Positions 26,005-35,090 of a DNA stretch of 64,000 nucleotides are shown here, in pieces. This DNA comes from an uncultured Alphaproteobacteria bacterium (lineage in GTDB: Bacteria; Pseudomonadota; Alphaproteobacteria; RF32; CAG-239). The notes under the pieces were generated by a model that was given only the letters and a program-made list of their open reading frames with translations, did no database searches and was not told the DNA's origin. Both the position numbers and the translations under genes were made by a program. Numbering within the stretch: position 1 is the stretch's first letter; each line of letters starts with the position of its first letter. The DNA lies in NCBI GenBank assembly GCA_944392225.1, contig CALXWB010000002.1:10110-74109 (forward strand). The letters run 5' to 3'.

Positions 26005-27678
26005 ATGTTAAGTGATATTGAAATTTCCCAACAAACCGAGTTAGAGCCGATAGAAAAAGTGGCGGAATCAATTGGCTTGACAGCTGATGATATTGAGCTT
26101 TACGGCAAATATAAGGCCAAAATCAGCTATAAAAAAATTCAAGAAATTGCCTATTCTCCGGCAAAAAACGGCAAACTGATTTTGGTTACGGCCATCACAC
26201 CGACGGCGGCCGGCGAGGGAAAATCCACCGTTTCCATCGGCTTGGGAGATGCACTTCATCTGTTAAATAAAAATGTCATCATTGCTTTGCGTGAACCCTC
26301 CTTAGGGCCATGTTTCGGTTCCAAAGGCGGCGCAACCGGCGGCGGCTATTCGCAAATTGCCCCGATGGAAGATATAAATTTGCATTTCACCGGCGATATT
26401 CATGCCGTGACCACGGCCGCCAATTTGCTCGCCACAATGATAGATAACCACATTTATCAGGGCAACAAATTGGAAATTGATGAAAAAACAATTGTTTGGA
26501 AACGTTGCGTGGATTTGAACGACCGCACTTTACGAGATATTACCATCGGCCAAGGTGCCAAAATCAACGGCGTGGAACGCAAGGCCCAATTTTGTATCAG
26601 TGTGGCAAGCGAGGTTATGGCCATATTGTGTTTGGCTAGAGATATTAAAGACTTAAAAGCACGTTTGGCAAAAATTGTTGTGGCCAAAGATGTAAAAGGC
26701 AATTATGTCACCGCGGCTGACTTGAACGCGGTTGGCGCCATGGCAGCCATTTTGAAAGATGCCATCAAGCCCAATTTGGTGCAAACCCTGGAGCACACGC
26801 CGGCTTTGGTGCATGGCGGTCCTTTTGCCAACATTGCACATGGCTGCAATAGTATAATTGCCACCAAAACCGCTTTGAAATTGGCAGATTATGTGGTAAC
26901 CGAGGCTGGCTTTGGGGCCGATTTGGGTGCAGAAAAGTTTATGGATATCAAATGCCGTCAAGGGCATATTGCGCCGTCGGCCGTGGTGATTGTGGCTACG
27001 GTTCGCGCCTTAAAAATGCATGGCGGCGTTGAGAAAGATAAATTATCGGAAGAAAACTTACTGGCACTTGATGAAGGTTTTGAAAACCTGAGAGTGCATA
27101 TTGAAAATATGCAAAAATTCGGTGTTCCCGTGGCGGTCGCCATCAATAAGTTTGCCACGGATACCGAGCAAGAATTGATGTATTTGAAACAAAAGACAGA
27201 AGGAATGGGCATTCGGGCTGTGATTTGCGAAGGCTGGGAAAAAGGCGGCTTGGGCGTCAAAAGTTTAGCCGAAGTTGTGATAAGGCTGTGTGATGAACCA
27301 AACGAGTTTCATTATTTATATCAAGATGAAGAACCGCTTGAAGATAAAATCAGCAAAATCGCCAAGGAGATTTATCGTGCCAAATATGCCGATTTTTCAG
27401 AGATTGCTCTCAAAAAGTTGGAAGCCTTTGGTAAAAGGGGCTATGACAAGCTCTGTGTATGCATTGCCAAAACGCAAAACTCCATCTCGCATGACAAGGC
27501 TTTAAGAAATGCGCCGCATGATTATGTTTTGCCGATACGAGATGTTTCCCTGTCGGCCGGAGCCGGATTTGTGGTGGCTTACGCCGGCAGTATTGTTGAT
27601 ATGCCGGGACTGCCGGAATTTCCTGCCGCGGAAAATATAGATATTGATGATGACGGCAAAATAAGCGGTTTGTTTTAA
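26005..27678 (+). CDS. fhs: Formate--tetrahydrofolate ligase
   Basis: Motifs are LSDIEISQQ, TPTAAGEGKST, EPSLGPCFGSKGGATGGGYSQ and GGPFANIAHGCNS. Confidence 0.97.
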   Translation: MLSDIEISQQTELEPIEKVAESIGLTADDIELYGKYKAKISYKKIQEIAYSPAKNGKLILVTAITPTAAGEGKSTVSIGLGDALHLLNKNVIIALREPSLGPCFGSKGGATGGGYSQIAPMEDINLHFTGDIHAVTTAANLLATMIDNHIYQGNKLEIDEKTIVWKRCVDLNDRTLRDITIGQGAKINGVERKAQFCISVASEVMAILCLARDIKDLKARLAKIVVAKDVKGNYVTAADLNAVGAMAAILKDAIKPNLVQTLEHTPALVHGGPFANIAHGCNSIIATKTALKLADYVVTEAGFGADLGAEKFMDIKCRQGHIAPSAVVIVATVRALKMHGGVEKDKLSEENLLALDEGFENLRVHIENMQKFGVPVAVAINKFATDTEQELMYLKQKTEGMGIRAVICEGWEKGGLGVKSLAEVVIRLCDEPNEFHYLYQDEEPLEDKISKIAKEIYRAKYADFSEIALKKLEAFGKRGYDKLCVCIAKTQNSISHDKALRNAPHDYVLPIRDVSLSAGAGFVVAYAGSIVDMPGLPEFPAAENIDIDDDGKISGLF

Positions 27679-27833
27679 GGTGTAAAAATTGACTGTGGAT
27701 AACTCTTAAAGCTGAACTTTAATATTTAAAAATCAAAAAAAATAATATACACTCTGTGCGATGATTGTTGTTATGGGAATGACAGCAATCATCGTGTATT
27801 GGGGAAAACAAAAAAAAACTAGGGAATATATTT

Positions 27834-30800
27834 ATGTCAAATCAACAAGTTGATAAACAAAATCAGCAAAAAAACACATCTCTTCCCGGCTTCATGTCAG
27901 AAATGAGCAAGATTAATTATGCGGAAGAGCCGCAAGGCAATAGCTGGCTGGCCAACAACCTGACACGGTTGATGATTGGCATATCGGTTTTGTGGTTTAT
28001 CATTGTTTTGATATATATTACCCAGTTTTTTGGTTGGTCAAACCTGTTTTTGATGATGCCTGACGAGTTCGGCGGATTCTTAGCCGGTGTCACTTTGCCT
28101 TTGGCGATTATATGGGTGGTTATGGCCTATATAGACCGCGGCACAAGTTTTAAAAACGAGGCCAAATTTTTGCGCGCTTATATGAACCAACTTGTTTATC
28201 CTGAGGAAGGCGGCGCACAAACGGCAAAAGCCATGGCCGACGCCATTCGCTCGCAAGTGGTTGAGCTGCAAGAGGTGACCAAGCATGCCATGCAACAAAC
28301 GGAGATCATCAAAAAAGAACTCGGTGCCAGAGTAAACGATTTTGCCAAATTGGTTGATACATTGGATAACTATTCTTCACACACAATTGTGGAGTTGACC
28401 GACGGTGTTAAGACTTTGGTTGAAAATTTTGACTATGTTACGACAAGAGCCCAAGCTTCAACCGAGGCCTTTAAGGGATATATCAGTGATTTTTCTTCAT
28501 CAGCGGCCAATATGGAACAAAACAGCAAGTCTTTAACGGAAAGACTATTGCCCAAGATTCAAGAGCTGAATCAATCGACCCAAATGTTTCAGAGCATATT
28601 GGAAGGAAACGCCAACAAAATCAGCAAAGCCAACCAAGCCATGGCCGATTTTGGTGATTTAACGGTAAAAAGTGTGGAAAACATTGCCAATTTGTTAGAT
28701 ACGCAAACATCAAAGCTGGAGCAGGCGGCACAAGGAGCCGTTGAGATTTGTGATGATATATCACAAAAAATTGACGGTAGCGTTAATAAGATTGAAACGG
28801 TTTTAAACAGCCAAACCCAAACGGTTGAGAACTATCTGGGCAAGATTGATGAAACGGCGGAAGGTTTAAGTGACAAATTTGCCGCCCAAAGCAAGTTCTT
28901 GTCATCAGAGGTGGAAAAAGTGGCTTCCCGTGCCAATATCATTGCCGAAACGGTTGGTATGCAGGTTCAATCTTTGGAAGGCATATCGGAAAAGATTAGC
29001 GAAAATGTCAAAACGGTAGAGAAGAACATTTCCGAAAGCAAAAACAATGTTGAATTTTTGTCAGAAAAAATTATCAAAGATTTAAGTGATGTTGTAAGCA
29101 AAGGAGAGGTGAGCACCTCAAGATTGTCGGCAATGTCAGAACAAAACATTGCCAATGCCAAGGCTGTTGCTGCAGATATTGATGCTCATAGTGAGAACCT
29201 GCAAAAAATCAGCGATGGTATAATGCTCAACTTCAAGCTTCTGATGCAAGAGTTCAAAAACAACAACAAAGCTTTGCAAGAGCAAACAGATGTCTCTCAA
29301 AGTAAGCTGGCAGAAGTAACGGATGTGGTAAGAAAGAATATAGATAATCTGCACGAGGCCAGCTCTCTGGTTGTGGCACAAAGCAAGGTCGGAGAAACAG
29401 CAATTGTTCAACAGCAAAGCAATATTGAAGATATGGTCAAGAAGATAGATGCCATTAAAGCAGAGCTAAAATATCAGATAGATGAGTTGACACGTTCTTC
29501 TGCCTTTATGAGCCATGAAGCCGGCAACACGGTAGAACAACTGAAAAAACAAATGGCCGAAGTTTTGGAAATATCAAATAATATTGTTTCCAAAACACAA
29601 ATGGTGAATAATGGTTTAAGCGAGCAAGCCGGAGCCTTTGACAGCAAGGCCGATCAAGCTTTGGGCAAGGTTGTGCGTATGGAAAGCATCTTAAACAACC
29701 AATCTCAAGAGTTGGAAAAACTTATCAAATCCATAGGAGAGCGTTCGGTTGTTGTGGCAGATACGTTGGAAAAACATGCGGCAAATGTCAATATTGCAAC
29801 ATCAAATTCGGAAACCAGCTTGCAAAAGATAAACGATTCTTTTGCTGTCCAGAACGAGAATATGAACAAGATTACGCAAGAAACCATCAAATATGTGGCT
29901 GACATGATTCAGACGATGGATGAAAAAGCAGAAAATATCAGCTTGTTGTTCAAACAACAGGAAAATGAATTTTTCGGCATTTGCGACCGTTTAACCGAAA
30001 ACACCGATACCATGGGCGACACATTGAAAAAACAAGTTTCGGTCATTGAGCAAAGTGCAGACAAGGTCTTTTCAAGAATGACCTTGCTTGAAGAAGATGT
30101 GAACAAGCGCGTAGATATGGTTGTGGCCAACACGGTGAAGTCGATTGACAAGTTGGCAGAGGTCAACCAATCAATTTCGGTTCAAAACAATGATGTCAGC
30201 AAGTTCATTCAAGAGATAACAGATAAACTGGCGCTGATATCAGGCACCTTCAGAGACAATTTCCAAGTTTTCAATGACACGGTTAAGGATTTGACCTTAA
30301 GTTCAGATGAGTTTACATCATCGATAATAGCAAATTGTGACAAGATTAACGAAGCCAACCAAAATATGGTGCAAGAAAGCAAGAATGCAGTTGCAGCTTT
30401 GGATAGTCATGCCCAGAATATCGATTCTGTATTGAACAAAACCATCAGCCAAACAGATATGATAAGAGAAAGTTTTGAGCATCAGAACGAAACCTTGTCA
30501 GACATTGCCAACACGGTTGCAGCTCAAACCAGGTTGGGTGAGGCTTCTTTGGCCCAACAATACAAATATTTGTCAGATGCCTCAACCGAGGTTGCGCAGC
30601 GCGTCAATGAGATTAATAAGAACCTGAAAGACGGCACCGAAAATATTTTGGAAAACTCAGCCAAAATTGCTTACGAGTTCAACACACTCGGGGACAGATT
30701 GTTAAAGGTTAATGAAGATATTAACAAATCTTCGCGCGATTCTATAAAGAATGTTGAGAAGATGAATTTGTCTTTGAGCCAATTGGCAGATGATTTCAAT

Positions 30801-31835
30801 GCGCATATTAATAAGTCTAGTGCAAAGATTGCATCTTCAATGAGCGATTATGAGAAATACATTGCCAACTTCAATACGGTTACGGCAGAGGCCAGCAGCG
30901 GCGTGTTTGAGATAAATAATCTGATATCGTCGCAAAGTGATAAGATGATAAAAATTTCAGAAGACACCAAACAGCTGGTTGAGTGTTTTAACACGGTTTT
31001 GAATGATACATCGGTTCAATTGTCAAATCGCGCCAACATGGCATATGACAAGGTCAAAGGTTTGGGAGAAAACTTAAAAACATTGAGCTTGCAAATGGAA
31101 GAAGCTTCCAAGATGACCACAACCAACTTTGAAAATTCGGGCAACAAATTGCGTGCTGCCGTCACGGAGATTGCGGCCAATGCCGAAAGAATATCCAATG
31201 ACATTCGTTCATCTGGAGAAGTTTTCTTAAAACAATCGGGTGTGTTGGTTGCTGCCGGAGATGATACGTTGAAAAAAGTGACGGATGTGATGACCGTGCT
31301 CAATGACAGCAGTTCCGAGTTTGCCTTAAAAGGAGACGAGCTGATAAAGAAAACGGTTGCTTTCAGCGATGTTATCGGCAAACAGATAAAAACCATTACC
31401 GATACCACGCAGAAAGCAGAAAGAAATATATCAGATTTGGAAAGCCGCTATGAAAATGTTCAGCTAGATACATTTTTGAAAGATGCTTCATATATTATAG
31501 AAAAGTTGGAAACCACGGCTGTTGACATCAACCGCATTTTCAACCCGGATACGGAAGAAGAAATCTGGAAAAAATATTATAACGGAGACACTTCTGCCTT
31601 TGTGCGCTATCTGGCAAAGAACATGAGCAAGCAGCAGGTTTTGGAAATCAGAAAGCTTTATGAAAAGAATATGGACTTTAGAAATATGGTCAACAAATAT
31701 TTGAGTGACTTTGATGTTTTGTTAACCAGAGCCAAAACCAACGAACGCGCCGGAATTTTGCTTTCGGTTATAACAGGGGCAGATATCGGTAAGATATATT
31801 ATATTTTGGCCCGTGCTTTGGATAAGTTCAATTAA
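27834..31835 (+). CDS. Giant membrane-anchored coiled-coil protein (1333 aa), function unknown
   Basis: It has two N-terminal TM helices (LMIGISVLWFIIVLIYITQFF; FLAGVTLPLAIIWVVMAYI), about 1100 aa of N/S/Q/E/K-rich helical sequence, and a distinct C-terminal globular region (WKKYYNGDTSAFVRYLAKNMS...GKIYYILARALDKF). Confidence 0.8.
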   Translation: MSNQQVDKQNQQKNTSLPGFMSEMSKINYAEEPQGNSWLANNLTRLMIGISVLWFIIVLIYITQFFGWSNLFLMMPDEFGGFLAGVTLPLAIIWVVMAYIDRGTSFKNEAKFLRAYMNQLVYPEEGGAQTAKAMADAIRSQVVELQEVTKHAMQQTEIIKKELGARVNDFAKLVDTLDNYSSHTIVELTDGVKTLVENFDYVTTRAQASTEAFKGYISDFSSSAANMEQNSKSLTERLLPKIQELNQSTQMFQSILEGNANKISKANQAMADFGDLTVKSVENIANLLDTQTSKLEQAAQGAVEICDDISQKIDGSVNKIETVLNSQTQTVENYLGKIDETAEGLSDKFAAQSKFLSSEVEKVASRANIIAETVGMQVQSLEGISEKISENVKTVEKNISESKNNVEFLSEKIIKDLSDVVSKGEVSTSRLSAMSEQNIANAKAVAADIDAHSENLQKISDGIMLNFKLLMQEFKNNNKALQEQTDVSQSKLAEVTDVVRKNIDNLHEASSLVVAQSKVGETAIVQQQSNIEDMVKKIDAIKAELKYQIDELTRSSAFMSHEAGNTVEQLKKQMAEVLEISNNIVSKTQMVNNGLSEQAGAFDSKADQALGKVVRMESILNNQSQELEKLIKSIGERSVVVADTLEKHAANVNIATSNSETSLQKINDSFAVQNENMNKITQETIKYVADMIQTMDEKAENISLLFKQQENEFFGICDRLTENTDTMGDTLKKQVSVIEQSADKVFSRMTLLEEDVNKRVDMVVANTVKSIDKLAEVNQSISVQNNDVSKFIQEITDKLALISGTFRDNFQVFNDTVKDLTLSSDEFTSSIIANCDKINEANQNMVQESKNAVAALDSHAQNIDSVLNKTISQTDMIRESFEHQNETLSDIANTVAAQTRLGEASLAQQYKYLSDASTEVAQRVNEINKNLKDGTENILENSAKIAYEFNTLGDRLLKVNEDINKSSRDSIKNVEKMNLSLSQLADDFNAHINKSSAKIASSMSDYEKYIANFNTVTAEASSGVFEINNLISSQSDKMIKISEDTKQLVECFNTVLNDTSVQLSNRANMAYDKVKGLGENLKTLSLQMEEASKMTTTNFENSGNKLRAAVTEIAANAERISNDIRSSGEVFLKQSGVLVAAGDDTLKKVTDVMTVLNDSSSEFALKGDELIKKTVAFSDVIGKQIKTITDTTQKAERNISDLESRYENVQLDTFLKDASYIIEKLETTAVDINRIFNPDTEEEIWKKYYNGDTSAFVRYLAKNMSKQQVLEIRKLYEKNMDFRNMVNKYLSDFDVLLTRAKTNERAGILLSVITGADIGKIYYILARALDKFN

Positions 31836-31846
31836 TGAGATAGAAG

Positions 31847-32416
31847 ATGGTAGATGCAGCAAACAAACTGAGTGGATTATATGCGAGTTTGACCTCGCAG
31901 ATAGAAACATCCGTCCGCAATATCAAAGAAAAGGGGACCGAAAGTTTTGCCGCATCAACATCTGCACCGGCCGAAAAAGAAACCGGACAAGTTTCCTTTG
32001 GTTATTCTTATGGATATTTGGAGCCCAATGTTGCCTATAATATCCATAAGATATCCTCAGAGATGGAAAAAGAGGAAAAGCTGAAAGACAAACAGGCTTT
32101 TAACGAGCAGGTCAATGAGGAAAAAGAAAAAAATCAACAAACACAGGAAACCGCAGAAAGCCTAGGTATAAGCTTTTATGAAGAACTGAGTTTTGCCTCA
32201 AAATTAGATAGCAGAGCGGCAGCACAAATTTATCAAAAAAATGATTTAAGCGGATATTCGGAAATTCCCATTCTTTTCGGGGGGCAAAATTACACGCAAT
32301 ATGAGCCGCAATATGTTGCCGGTGTTTATGATTTTGTATATAACATCAATCAAGAACAAAGCGGTGATATAGAATATATGTATAAATATAATAAGTCATA
32401 TGATTATAGGGTCTGA
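31847..32416 (+). CDS. Hypothetical acidic protein with Tyr-rich C-terminus (189 aa)
   Basis: It begins 11 nt after the giant gene, and its stop overlaps the dusB start (TGATG, 32414-32418). No domain was recognised. Confidence 0.5.
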   Translation: MVDAANKLSGLYASLTSQIETSVRNIKEKGTESFAASTSAPAEKETGQVSFGYSYGYLEPNVAYNIHKISSEMEKEEKLKDKQAFNEQVNEEKEKNQQTQETAESLGISFYEELSFASKLDSRAAAQIYQKNDLSGYSEIPILFGGQNYTQYEPQYVAGVYDFVYNINQEQSGDIEYMYKYNKSYDYRV

Positions 32417-33384
32417 TGAAAATACTAAATTTTGACAGCAAAGTTTTTTTAGCGCCGATGGCCGGCATAACAGATAGACCGATGCGTGCGCTGGTCAAAA
32501 GTTTCGGCGGTGGGCAAATGGTTTCGGAAATGGTTGCCGTCAATGCCGTGCAAAGAAAAAATCCCAAAAGTTATAAAATTGCCGATGTCAGAGGGGAAGA
32601 TTATCCTGTGGTGGTGCAATTGGTTGGTGGTGAACCTGAGCTTTTTGCAGAAGTTTGTCCTTTGGTGGAAGAACTGGGTGCTTGCTCCATAGATATAAAC
32701 ATGGGCTGCCCGGTCAAAAAAATTGTGAATAACAATTCCGGCTCATATTTAATGAAAGATATGTCAAGGGCAGAAAAAATCATTCAAACCGCAGTCAAAT
32801 CGACCAAGTTGCCAGTGAGCGTCAAATTCCGCAAAGGCTGGGACAACAACCATGTTAATGCGGTTGAGTTTGCTAAGATGTGTGAAGCAAGCGGCGCCTC
32901 ATATATCACGATTCACGGTCGAACGAGGAGCGATTTTTATGCCGGAGAGGCCGATTGGCAAATCATCAAAGAAGTCAAACAAGCGGTCAAAATACCTGTG
33001 GTCGGCAACGGCGATATCAAGACGGCATATGATGCCAAACGCATGATAACAGAGACGGGGGTAGATGCGGTTATGGTTGGAAGAGCCGCGCTGGGAGCCC
33101 CATGGCTGATATCGGAAATTGATGCATATTTGCAAAGGGGTGAAGAGCCCAAGGAGATAGACATTCAAACAATAAAGAATGCCTTATTAACACATATTAA
33201 AGGATTGATTGAATATTATGGAGAAAGATTGGCATTGGGCATATCAAGAAAATATGTTTGCTGGTATTGCAAAAATTGCCGCGATGCGAGAAAGTTCAGA
33301 GAAAACTATGTTCGGATAAACAATTTTGCCGATGCTTATCAAGAAATAGACAGATATTTTAACGGGTTGGAAGAGAAACAATAA
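32416..33384 (+). CDS. dusB: tRNA-dihydrouridine synthase B
   Basis: Motifs are LAPMAGITDRPMR, DINMGCPVKK and ITIHGRTR. Confidence 0.9.
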   Translation: MKILNFDSKVFLAPMAGITDRPMRALVKSFGGGQMVSEMVAVNAVQRKNPKSYKIADVRGEDYPVVVQLVGGEPELFAEVCPLVEELGACSIDINMGCPVKKIVNNNSGSYLMKDMSRAEKIIQTAVKSTKLPVSVKFRKGWDNNHVNAVEFAKMCEASGASYITIHGRTRSDFYAGEADWQIIKEVKQAVKIPVVGNGDIKTAYDAKRMITETGVDAVMVGRAALGAPWLISEIDAYLQRGEEPKEIDIQTIKNALLTHIKGLIEYYGERLALGISRKYVCWYCKNCRDARKFRENYVRINNFADAYQEIDRYFNGLEEKQ

Positions 33385-33394
33385 GGAAAACATC

Positions 33395-34753
33395 ATGAAA
33401 ATCATTGTTTGCGGAGCAGGTTCGGTCGGAAGAAGCATCGTTAGCTATTTGGTCAAAGGTAATAATGATGTTATTGTGATAGATAACAACCAAAAACATC
33501 TTGATTCTTTGGCGCAAGAGTTTGATGTTTTGCCGGTGCTTGGTTCGGCAGCATATCCAAGTGTTTTGGAAAAAGCAGATGCGGCGCATGCCCGTTTGTT
33601 GATCGCCGCCACAGATGATGATGCGGTCAATTTGGTGGCCTGTTCCGTAGCGCAATATCTGTTTAATATTCCGAGAAAAATTGCACGTGTTAATTCTTTT
33701 GAATATAGAAATCCGCTATGGGCAACCTTGTATGGAGATGAAAAAATACCTGTAGATTTGCTGATATCCCCGGAAGAGGAGATAGGTAAATATGTCTATA
33801 ACATGCTCAAAATTCCTGGTTCATCAGAGGCGCTGTCGCTGCTAGGCGGCAAGATGTATTTGATTGCTTTCAAACTGCCGGAAAACAGCCCGTTTGTAAA
33901 AGTTCCGCTGTTAAATCTAAAACAAGTTGATGAAGAAATTGATGTTGAGGTGGTGTGCATCAACCGCAACGGAAAAATCTTTATTCCCTATAAGAGCGAT
34001 GTTTTGGAATCAGGTGATGAAATATATGTTCTGACGGCAAAAGAAAAAATAAGCCAGACCATGTCATCTTTCGGGGCAGATTTTTCCGCCATAGAAAAGC
34101 TGATTGTTTTTGGCGGCAATGAAATTTCACGCACCATTGGCCAGTTGATAGAAAAAGATGACAACATTCTGAGCTGCAAAATTGTAGAAGAAAATGCGGC
34201 CTTAGCCAATAAAATTGCCAAAGATATGGATGAAACCATAGTCATTCAGGGAGAAATGCTGAGTGACAAAATTTTGAGCGAAGCGGGAATATACAATGCC
34301 GATGCCACCGTTGCCGTCACCTCGGAAGATGAAGATAATTTGCTGGCATCGCTCTTGGCCAAAAAATGCGGCGTCAAAAATACATTAGCACTGATAAATT
34401 CGCCGTCATACAATAGTTTGGTTGAGATTATCGGCAACAATTTGCTGGTGGACAGATCTTCTGTTACCATTGCGCAAATATTGCAGGAGCTGCGCATAAC
34501 AAATGTCAAAAATGCCTATCCTTTGGGGCGTGGTTTTGCCGAAATTTGGGAGTTTTATATTGATGAAAATTGCAAAATAAACGGTTTAACGGTCAAAGAT
34601 TTAGAGCTTCCGGCCAGCAGCAAAATTTGTGCGGTTCAGAGAGAAGATGAGATTATGTTTGCATCAGATTCTTTTGCTTTGCAAACCGGGGATACCATAA
34701 TCATATATGTAGATTCTGCCTCAATCCGCAAATTGGAAAAAATATTGGACTAA
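33395..34753 (+). CDS. trkA: Trk potassium uptake system NAD-binding subunit TrkA
   Basis: MKIIVCGAGSVGRS begins a Rossmann fold, and there are two tandem TrkA-N/TrkA-C units (second GGNEISRTIG). Confidence 0.9.
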   Translation: MKIIVCGAGSVGRSIVSYLVKGNNDVIVIDNNQKHLDSLAQEFDVLPVLGSAAYPSVLEKADAAHARLLIAATDDDAVNLVACSVAQYLFNIPRKIARVNSFEYRNPLWATLYGDEKIPVDLLISPEEEIGKYVYNMLKIPGSSEALSLLGGKMYLIAFKLPENSPFVKVPLLNLKQVDEEIDVEVVCINRNGKIFIPYKSDVLESGDEIYVLTAKEKISQTMSSFGADFSAIEKLIVFGGNEISRTIGQLIEKDDNILSCKIVEENAALANKIAKDMDETIVIQGEMLSDKILSEAGIYNADATVAVTSEDEDNLLASLLAKKCGVKNTLALINSPSYNSLVEIIGNNLLVDRSSVTIAQILQELRITNVKNAYPLGRGFAEIWEFYIDENCKINGLTVKDLELPASSKICAVQREDEIMFASDSFALQTGDTIIIYVDSASIRKLEKILD

Positions 34754-34851
34754 TCAAGACTGGAAATTTGATTTTATATACAATCAAGACTTTACTAATA
34801 AAAAAATGTGGTTAAAATAAACAAAAAAAATAAAATAATAAGGAAAAAAAC

Positions 34852-35088
34852 ATGACACAAAATGTTCAAGATGATTTTTTAAATAACATCCGCCAAAACA
34901 AAATTTCAGTCACCGTATTTTTGGTCAACGGTGTAAAATTGCAAGGAATAATAACTTGGTTTGATAGTTTTTCATTGTTGTTGCGCCGTGATGGACATAC
35001 ACAATTGATATACAAACACGCCATTTCAACCATTATGCCGAGCACTGCGGTTGATGTTGAGCTGGAAGAAGAAAAGTCAGAAGAATAA
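34852..35088 (+). CDS. hfq: RNA chaperone Hfq
   Basis: Sm motifs are [58 protein letters not shown]. Confidence 0.97.
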   Translation: MTQNVQDDFLNNIRQNKISVTVFLVNGVKLQGIITWFDSFSLLLRRDGHTQLIYKHAISTIMPSTAVDVELEEEKSEE

Positions 35089-35090
35089 TT

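Noticed and set aside
27834-31835. Internal nucleotide-level tandem repeats or a diversity-generating (template/variable repeat) arrangement in the giant gene.
   Set aside because: Reading the sequence I could not find long exact or near-exact DNA repeats, and no reverse transcriptase is nearby. The periodicity appears to be only at the level of amino-acid composition. A dot-plot would be needed to be certain.
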